DNA of 28,956 nt from a bacterium. GTDB lineage: Bacteria > SZUA-182 > DTGQ01 > JAFGSM01. The notes beneath the pieces were generated by a model, which was given only the letters and a program-made list of their open reading frames with translations, searched no databases and was not told where the DNA came from. The position numbers and the translations under genes are program-made. How positions within the stretch are numbered: the first letter of the stretch is position 1; every line of letters starts with the position of its first letter. This document shows positions 19,571 to 26,664 of the stretch, one piece after another. The stretch covers positions 1 to 28,956 of the forward strand of contig JBLIRN010000037.1 of NCBI GenBank assembly GCA_049472315.1, given 5' to 3'.

Positions 19571-21430
19571 ATGATTCATCTACGTATCAGGATATCGAAG
19601 GGATACACTGCACAGCGGATGTTTTTGTTTTTCACGGCCGTTCTGTGGGGGATATTTCTCATCGGCGTATTTTTCGGATTTCCCGGCTGCACCCGTATTG
19701 AAGAGGAGGGTAACAACGGCGAACTGGTTATCGGTATCACCGATTCAGAGGGGGATTTCATCCGCTACCGGGTGGATGTGCTTGCCCTTACCCTGGCCAA
19801 GGCAAGCGGTGCCGCAGTGGAGACGCTCCCCCTTGCCACGGAGGTTGATTTTGCCCAGTACACGGAGATGACGGAGTTCGTGACCGCGGCAACCGTTCCG
19901 TCCGGCCTGTACACCAGGGCGATCGTGGCATTGGATTTCCGGGATGCAGACATCTGGTACGAGGACGCAAACGGCGTGGCAGTGAGGGTCGATACGGTGC
20001 TGGATGCGGAGGATCGCGAGGTCACGACCATCGAGATACCGGTTCACCTTGAGTCGACCGGCTCCCTGTTCATTCTCCCGGGCATTCCCGCCCATCTGAC
20101 CATCGACTTTAACCTGGAGGCCTCGAACAGGATACACGACACGGATCCCAATGTGATGATCCTGCAACCCGTCCTGTTTGCAGAGGTGAATCCCGAGGCC
20201 CCGAAGATCCATCGCCTGCGCGGTCCCCTCAAGGGGGTGGATGCGGACGAGGGGACCTTTCAGGTGATCATACGCCCCTTTGTCCACCTCATCTCAGGGG
20301 GTGACGAGGACTTCGGACTTCTCCAGGTCGCAACGAACAGCAGCACGGTGTACATGCTCAACGGGGATCTCTATCAAGGGCAGATAGGTCTGGAGGAACT
20401 CGAATCGATGCCGCCCCTTGCCGCCACCGTGGTGATCGGCGATCTTTCCATGAATCCGCGCAGGTTCCTGGCGCGGGAGGTGCGGGCAGGTTCGAGCGTG
20501 GCCGGGGGAACCCTGGACGTGGTGACCGGGAATGTCACCAGCCGCGATCCCAATGCCCTGACGGTGAGGGGAGCCACACTCATCCGTTCCGACGGCAGCA
20601 TTCTCTTCAACGATTCCGTCAGCATCCAGGTGGATGCGAACACCAATGTGTTCCGTCAGTTTGAGTCTTCACTCCAGGACACCAACGACCTATCCGTGGG
20701 GCAGCGGGCCATGATCTTCGGGACCCTCACGCAGGTGACGCCCGATCCCCGCATGGATGCGGACTGTGCCATCATGCTCCTCACCACCCTTCGGGGAACG
20801 GTGGTTGGGAAGGGAACGGGTCAACTGACGCTTAGGGTGCAGGGCATCGATGCGCGGCGTGCGGGAATCTTCGATTTTTCCGGTACCGGCAGCATCCCCT
20901 CAAACGATGCAGATCCCAATAACTATGAGATAACCACGGGAACTCTGGACATCTCTTCCCTTCAGGCAGGCACACCCGTAAAGGTGCTCGGTTTCGTCAC
21001 CGCCTTCGGCCGGGCGCCCGATGATTTTACTGCGCACACGATTGTGGATGTATCAAAGGTACCCGCGCTCATGACCGTGGGGTGGTTCCCTGCAGATCCC
21101 AATGCATTGACCACTATCTCGGCGAATGGCCTCACGCTCGACCTGGACCATGCAGGACTTTTCCATCACCTGGTGCGTGCAGGGGTGATCCTCGATCTGA
21201 AGGATCTCACCCAGTCCACCTCCATACGACCTGTCACCGGCGAAACCGGCATCTTTTCCATAGACCAGGACCTCTCGCGACAATCCTTTTTCAGCTTTGC
21301 GGATTTCGCCGGTGATGTGCAGGAAAGGATTGAGGATGGCGGCGGTGTCAGGCGCCTCATTGCATTCGGGCTCTTCGACGACGCCAATGCGCGACTTACT
21401 GCGAGCAATCTGAACATCGGCATCGAATAG
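19571..21430 (+). CDS. Exported protein or probable lipoprotein, DUF4382-like N-terminal domain followed by repeated DUF5666-like beta domains
   Basis: RBS AGGGGGG; hydrophobic stretch ending FPGC; GELVIGITDSEGDF, VETLP..VDFAQY, TIDFNLEASN; 619 aa and beta-rich. Confidence 0.8.
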   Translation: MIHLRIRISKGYTAQRMFLFFTAVLWGIFLIGVFFGFPGCTRIEEEGNNGELVIGITDSEGDFIRYRVDVLALTLAKASGAAVETLPLATEVDFAQYTEMTEFVTAATVPSGLYTRAIVALDFRDADIWYEDANGVAVRVDTVLDAEDREVTTIEIPVHLESTGSLFILPGIPAHLTIDFNLEASNRIHDTDPNVMILQPVLFAEVNPEAPKIHRLRGPLKGVDADEGTFQVIIRPFVHLISGGDEDFGLLQVATNSSTVYMLNGDLYQGQIGLEELESMPPLAATVVIGDLSMNPRRFLAREVRAGSSVAGGTLDVVTGNVTSRDPNALTVRGATLIRSDGSILFNDSVSIQVDANTNVFRQFESSLQDTNDLSVGQRAMIFGTLTQVTPDPRMDADCAIMLLTTLRGTVVGKGTGQLTLRVQGIDARRAGIFDFSGTGSIPSNDADPNNYEITTGTLDISSLQAGTPVKVLGFVTAFGRAPDDFTAHTIVDVSKVPALMTVGWFPADPNALTTISANGLTLDLDHAGLFHHLVRAGVILDLKDLTQSTSIRPVTGETGIFSIDQDLSRQSFFSFADFAGDVQERIEDGGGVRRLIAFGLFDDANARLTASNLNIGIE

Positions 21431-21754
21431 AACAAGGCCGATGTTCACATGCTCGATGGTATGAGGATTTTGGCATATCATATTTGATGTGTGGGTGCAT
21501 TGTTCCGACGAATGGGATTGCTTGGGGGATGGGATGAGTCTTAAGGATTTTCGATTTTCTTGATCGATACCCGTCATCAACAAACCGTGGTAATGGAAAG
21601 GGGAGCAGTATACATTGCTCTCCTCGATGAGCCTGCCTGAGTTGAAACGCTTTGAACTCGATATTTACTGCCTCTTACAGTGGGGGAACCTCCAAAGGAA
21701 GAGTTTGAGAAGCCATTGCTTTCTCTACTTGAACAAAAAAACTTCTTACCTTTA

Positions 21755-21785
21755 GATATCCCGCAGATTGCTGCAGGGTGGATTC
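21755..21785. repeat. Short imperfect palindrome related to the element at 19291-19323
   Basis: GATATCCCGCAG-ATTG-CTGCAGGGT. Confidence 0.4.
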
Positions 21786-21795
21786 GTGTTCCCTA

Positions 21796-21824
21796 TTGAC
21801 ATTATCCAAAGGCAAGGCTAAATT
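21796..21824 (+). promoter_or_regulatory. Candidate sigma70 promoter for the cotransporter
   Basis: TTGACA-N17-TAAATT, 90 bp upstream of ATG 21915. Confidence 0.6.
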
Positions 21825-21914
21825 ATGATTCCCTCGTATCAGGTTGCCTTTATGCCCGCTTCTTTGAAAGCAAGAAGTGTTTGATTGTTGTTTTATATCG
21901 CCAGGAGGTTCAAA

Positions 21915-24134
21915 ATGAGCCCAAATAATCATGTCAATCATCAAGTCAATGGGAAAAAGGAAAAAATCGGCTTTGGCACCTTCAAAGGGGTATACCTTCC
22001 CAGCATTCTCACCATACTGGGTGTCATCATGTATCTGCGTCTGGGCTGGGTGGTGGGCACTGTCGGGCTCTGGAAGACCCTGATCATTGTTACGATATCC
22101 AGCACCATTACCTTTCTCACCGGCCTCTCAATCTCAGCGACTGCCACCAATATGGATGTGGGGGGCGGCGGGGCGTATTTCATGATCTCCCGCTCTTTCG
22201 GTGTCGAGGCCGGTGCTGCGGTGGGGCTGCCTCTCTTCCTTGCCCAGGCGGTAGGCATTTCCTTCTATATCGCAGGATTCTCCGAATCGGTCAATAATCT
22301 GTTTCCTCATCTTCCCATCAGGGTCGTGGGCGTGGTCAGTCTGTTGATCCTGACCATCCTGGCATACATATCCGCTGATTTGGCCTTGAAAACCCAATTG
22401 GGCATTTTCGCGATCATCATGCTCTCCCTCCTCTCCTTTTTTCTCGGACGCACACCCACATCTCAGGCGGCAGGGACCGTATCCGCCCTGCCGAAGGTGT
22501 CCTTCTGGATCGCCTTTGCGGTGTTTTTCCCTGCGGTCACAGGCATTGAAGCGGGGATCGCCATGTCCGGGGATCTGAAAGATCCGGCAAAGTCATTGCC
22601 CTGGGGGACACTCTTTGCGGTTCTCACAGGGTACATCATATATATGGCCATACCGATTTTTCTGTTTTATCGGGTATCCGAGGAAATACTCCTTTCAAAT
22701 CCCATGGTTATGAGAGACGTGGCCCTGGTTGGACAACTCATAATATTGGGGGTCTGGGGCGCAACGCTGTCCAGTGCGATTGGCGCCCTTCTGGGCGCCC
22801 CGAGAACCCTGCAGGCCCTTGCCAGAGATCGGGTGATACCACAATTCTTGGGCAAAGGATTCGGCCCGCAAGATACGCCCAGAATTGCCACGGCCTTCTC
22901 ATTCATGATCGCCCTGACCGGCATCCTTCTGGGTGACATTAATGCCATAGCGCCCGTGCTTTCCATGTTTTTTCTCACCTCTTACGGCACATTGAATCTC
23001 ATCGCCGGGATTGAAGGCATGATCGGCAATCCCTCCTATCGACCCACCTTTGCAACGCCCTGGCCCCTTTCCCTCCTCGGGTCTGCCCTCTGCCTGGGGG
23101 CCATGCTGATGATCAATCCGGGTGCCACGTTTATCGCCTCCTTTGTCATTGCCTTTATCTACTATATGATGATCCGAAGGGATTTGAACGCCCGGTGGTC
23201 GGATATCCGCAGAAGCATCCTGCTCTTTTTTGCCCGTTTTTCCATCTACAGGCTCGAGAGGTCCAAGACGGACGCCCGTTCTTGGCGGCCGAATATTCTG
23301 GCCCTGACCGGTGCCCCGACTCAGCGGTTTTACCTCATCCAGCTTGCCGATGCCATTACGCACGGCAAAAGCTTTCTGACGGTTGCATCCATTCATTCAA
23401 ACGATTCCATCAGCGAGGAACGGGCCGATAATCTGGAAAACTCCATCAAGGAGTTTCTCTGGAAAAGGGATGTCCCTGCCCTGGTCGAAGTCAATGTGGC
23501 GGACGATTTTATATCCGGGGCCAAGAATTTGATCAGCACATACGGTTTAGGCCCTCTGACCCCGAATACCTTCCTGCTCGGAGAAACATTGCAGAAGGAG
23601 AATTATGTCCAATTTGCCGAATTGATCCGGTTGATTCATAAATCCAGACGAAATATCATTGTGGTGCGTGAGAGTAATATCAACGAGATCTTGCATAAGA
23701 AAAACAAGCAGATTTACATCTGGTGGGGCGGAAAGAAGGGGAATGCCGGATTGATGCTCGCCCTGGCCTATATGCTTCAGACCAGCCCCGAATGGAAAGG
23801 ATCTGAATTGATCGTAAAGACCATTGTCAAAAGTGAAGAAGACAAGGTCAAGGTGATGGAAAACATGGAAGAATTTTTTGCCAAGGGGAGACTCAGATCC
23901 AAACTTGAGGTATTAGTGGATAGTACCAAAAATGATACGATCCGGACCACAATCAAGAATTTTTCCCAGACTGCCGATCTGGTATGGATGGGAATGAAAG
24001 CCCCTGAATCCGATGAAACGGATCAGGATTATGCAACCTATTATGAAAATCTCATGAAGTCAACAAAAGGCTTTCCTCCGTTGGCCTTTGTCCTTTCCGG
24101 TGAGGATCTCAATTTCAATGAGATATTTAAATAA
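21915..24134 (+). CDS. APC-superfamily cation-chloride cotransporter (SLC12/NKCC-KCC-like)
   Basis: RBS AGGAGG; FGTFKGVYLPSILTILGVIMYLRLGWVVG, GGGAYFMISRS, FFPAVTGIEAG, GAPRTLQALARD; cytoplasmic domain SWRPNIL, YGLGPLTPNT, IWWGG. 739 aa. Confidence 0.93.
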   Translation: MSPNNHVNHQVNGKKEKIGFGTFKGVYLPSILTILGVIMYLRLGWVVGTVGLWKTLIIVTISSTITFLTGLSISATATNMDVGGGGAYFMISRSFGVEAGAAVGLPLFLAQAVGISFYIAGFSESVNNLFPHLPIRVVGVVSLLILTILAYISADLALKTQLGIFAIIMLSLLSFFLGRTPTSQAAGTVSALPKVSFWIAFAVFFPAVTGIEAGIAMSGDLKDPAKSLPWGTLFAVLTGYIIYMAIPIFLFYRVSEEILLSNPMVMRDVALVGQLIILGVWGATLSSAIGALLGAPRTLQALARDRVIPQFLGKGFGPQDTPRIATAFSFMIALTGILLGDINAIAPVLSMFFLTSYGTLNLIAGIEGMIGNPSYRPTFATPWPLSLLGSALCLGAMLMINPGATFIASFVIAFIYYMMIRRDLNARWSDIRRSILLFFARFSIYRLERSKTDARSWRPNILALTGAPTQRFYLIQLADAITHGKSFLTVASIHSNDSISEERADNLENSIKEFLWKRDVPALVEVNVADDFISGAKNLISTYGLGPLTPNTFLLGETLQKENYVQFAELIRLIHKSRRNIIVVRESNINEILHKKNKQIYIWWGGKKGNAGLMLALAYMLQTSPEWKGSELIVKTIVKSEEDKVKVMENMEEFFAKGRLRSKLEVLVDSTKNDTIRTTIKNFSQTADLVWMGMKAPESDETDQDYATYYENLMKSTKGFPPLAFVLSGEDLNFNEIFK

Positions 24135-24175
24135 AATATCCATTCATTAAAGCACATTTCTAAGTGGGGATTGCG

Positions 24176-24510
24176 ATGTCTGTAACCCTTCGTTTTCCGG
24201 GTGCGGCACAAACGGTGACCGGTTCATGTGCCTTCTTGAGGGAAAAGGGTTTCGAGCCGTCATCGACTGCGGGCCATACCGGGAGAGAAATCTCAAAAGG
24301 AATTCAGGCCTCCTGATGGAGTCCACATACGGGAATCACAATCACAAAGACAATGCCACGATCCCTTCGGACCTGGCGGGTATGATCAACAAAACCGACT
24401 CCACGGGAGGGAATATCGTGATCCGCAGTCTTGCCGTGAGCGCACCCAGAAACTGCTCTATCACCTCTCGGGGCTGCTGCGAAACGATAAGATTCCAATA
24501 TTCCCTTTTC
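24176..24510 (+). pseudogene. Remnant of an MBL-fold beta-CASP RNA-metabolising metallo-hydrolase
   Basis: MSVTLRFPGAAQTVTGSC, frameshift, LLE..VIDCG, then a jump to LMESTYGN.H..GGNIVI.S.AV, frameshift, ERTQKLLY. The HxHxDH core and the C-terminus are missing. Confidence 0.85.
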
Positions 24511-24586
24511 ATTTGTTCTCATGTCAAAACCGGCATATAATGATTCGATTCCATATCAAACTTCTTATAAATTCAGGAGGGTGATG

Positions 24587-25435
24587 ATGTCCAAAAGGAT
24601 CGTGCCATTCGCAGTCATCATGTTTTTTTGCTTTGTCATGGCTGGATGTATGGTCAGCAAGGATACCTATCTCAAAAGTGTCAAGGAGGCCCAGGGTCTG
24701 CATGATGACCTGAATTCCCTGCAAAATAGGTATGCGCTCCTTCATGAGGAGAATGATCTGCACAAGGCAGAAATCGTTAAACTGGAATCCGAGGTTACAG
24801 AACTTGAAAATGTGCTAAAAGCAAAGTCTGACGAACTTTTTGCCAAGGTTGTCGCACTGAGGAATACAATCACGGATCTTGAAAAAGAAAAGGCGGAAAA
24901 GAATCAAAGGATCGAGGAACTCCGGCAGGAAATTTTTGAAATCAAATTGGATAAAGAGGAAAGCCTGAAAGAAATGAGTGACACCTATGGCTCTATGCTT
25001 GACAAGATGCAGTCCGAGATCGCGCAGGGCCAGGTCACCATAACGGAATTAAAGGGAAAACTTACAGTTAATATGTTGGATGCGGTCCTTTTTGATCTCG
25101 GAAAGGCGGAGATCAGGCCTGAGGGAATGGTCGTCCTGCAAAAGGTCGTGGATGTCCTCAAAGATGTCAAGGGAAAAGTGATTCGTGTGGAAGGTCATAC
25201 CGATAACCTGAAAATACATGGGGCCCTCGCTAAAAAATACCCATCCAATTGGGAATTGTCCGCAGCACGGGCGGTCAATGTGGCAAAATATTTACAGGAA
25301 AAAGGTATTGACCCGACGATCCTTTCTGGTTCAGCCTTTAGCGAATACAAACCGGTGGCGAGTAATGATACACAGGAGGGGCGTGCCCAGAACAGGCGGA
25401 TTGAGATTGTTCTGATCCCTGAAGAATTCAGATGA
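24587..25435 (+). CDS. OmpA/MotB C-terminal domain lipoprotein with long coiled coil
   Basis: RBS AGGAGG; lipobox MAGC; heptad region; VLFDLGKAEI, IRVEGHTDN, NWELSAARA, NRRIEIV. Start could be 24584. Confidence 0.93.
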   Translation: MSKRIVPFAVIMFFCFVMAGCMVSKDTYLKSVKEAQGLHDDLNSLQNRYALLHEENDLHKAEIVKLESEVTELENVLKAKSDELFAKVVALRNTITDLEKEKAEKNQRIEELRQEIFEIKLDKEESLKEMSDTYGSMLDKMQSEIAQGQVTITELKGKLTVNMLDAVLFDLGKAEIRPEGMVVLQKVVDVLKDVKGKVIRVEGHTDNLKIHGALAKKYPSNWELSAARAVNVAKYLQEKGIDPTILSGSAFSEYKPVASNDTQEGRAQNRRIEIVLIPEEFR

Positions 25436-25461
25436 ATAGCGTTGTCTTGAAAATAGATTTT

Positions 25462-25500
25462 CATTCTTTGTGGCGCCCTGAAAGGGCATGAGTGTTTGTT
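25462..25500 (+). terminator. Possible terminator or REP-like hairpin after the OmpA/MotB gene
   Basis: GCCCT-GAA-AGGGC hairpin (25475-25487) followed by a weak T-rich tract. Confidence 0.3.
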
Positions 25501-25587
25501 CTGAAAATGCATAAAAATGATGACTGACCCTTTATGGTTTACATAAGACGCTATATCATAATACATATGCTTTGATCCATTGGAGTG

Positions 25588-25918
25588 ATGAACGACCGTA
25601 AGTGTGGCATATTGTTGCATGTCTCCTGCCTGCCATCCGCATGCGGTAAAGGGGATCTCGGGCTGGAAGAATACCGTTTTGCCGATTTTCTATCCCGGAC
25701 CGACCAATCGCTCTGGCAAATCCTTACTTTAAATGAGACCATGCCCGATGGGAACAATTCTCCTGCAGGACATTCTCGGCCTTGGCGAGGAAGCCCGGCT
25801 GAACCAGCCTGCACGGTCAGAAACGAATTGGTTGTGGAGACTCCGTCCAGGACAGATAACGGATTCACTAAACGGAAAATTATTGGAAATGAAAAAATTT
25901 TTCAGAAGGGAATCATGA
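25588..25918 (+). pseudogene. malQ: 4-alpha-glucanotransferase remnant: N- and C-termini joined by an internal deletion
   Basis: RKCGILLHVSCLPS..GKGDLG..YRFADFL...QSLWQIL.LN..GNNSP, directly followed in another frame by LQDILGLGEEARLNQP....NWLWRL, stop at 25916-25918. Confidence 0.9.
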
Positions 25919-25988
25919 TCCGTCAGAGCCCCTTATAAAAAGCTTGAAGTTTAAGATTAACATTCTGAAGATGGAGGAGGGATAACCG

Positions 25989-26204
25989 ATGAAACAGGCC
26001 AAATTTATCGCTGTTCTTATCCTTGCCGTATTATGTCTTATCATTGTACTGCAAAACACGGCTACGGTCGAGACAAAGATCCTCTTTATTACGATAACCA
26101 TGCCCAGGGCAATCCTGCTGCTGACCACTACGGCGATTGGGTTTGCGTTGGGCGTTTTGGTTTCATTGATCGTATGTAAAAAACAAAGATCTAATGAGGA
26201 GTAA
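25989..26204 (+). CDS. LapA (DUF1049) family small membrane protein
   Basis: RBS GGAGGAGG; two TM helices with IIVLQNT..V...LF....P..ILL.....IGF.LG pattern. Confidence 0.85.
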   Translation: MKQAKFIAVLILAVLCLIIVLQNTATVETKILFITITMPRAILLLTTTAIGFALGVLVSLIVCKKQRSNEE

Positions 26205-26468
26205 AGGAAAGCATAAAAAGGCACTGATCGAATCTGCCAAGGATCCCGAAGGTGTGTGATTGCGATAGAATGCCTTAAGAAAGTCAAACATTTATTTTTG
26301 ACAATACTAACCCTCTATATCCACCTCGTATATTTTCTTGACGATAACAGCCTATTTTTTATTGCAGGATCGTTTAGGAAAGAGTGTATCAGCGATAACG
26401 ATTTCACCCTTTGTCATATGTTCTGATTTTTCTCGAATTCCACGGGACTTGTTACTGTAACGGCCATA

Positions 26469-26633
26469 GCGGGTTTCGCCGATGGCGTCCAGGAGAGGAT
26501 GAGAGGATTGCGGATGAGGGCGCTGTCAGGCGCCTCATTGCGGTTGGTCTTGTCGATGACGCCAATGCCTGGCTCACGGCAGGCAATCTGAACATCGGCA
26601 TTGAATAGAACAAGGCCGATGTTTAGATGCCGA
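26469..26633 (+). pseudogene. Diverged, frameshifted copy of the 3' end of the 19571..21430 gene
   Basis: Aligns to 21299-21456: 25 substitutions in 132 coding nt plus an 8 bp duplication (GAGAGGAT x2). Same stop codon and identical downstream AACAAGGCCGATGTT. Confidence 0.9.
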
Positions 26634-26664
26634 CACCTTCCTCCGGCTGGATGCAGTCCCCCTG

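Noticed and set aside
24587..25435. Flagellar stator motB
   Set aside because: No adjacent motA and no TM helix with the conserved Asp; it has a lipobox and coiled coil instead.
21299..26633. Diversity-generating retroelement VR/TR pair (repeat at the 3' end of an exported-protein gene)
   Set aside because: Mismatches are not adenine-specific in either copy, are mostly at third codon positions, and no reverse transcriptase is present in the window.
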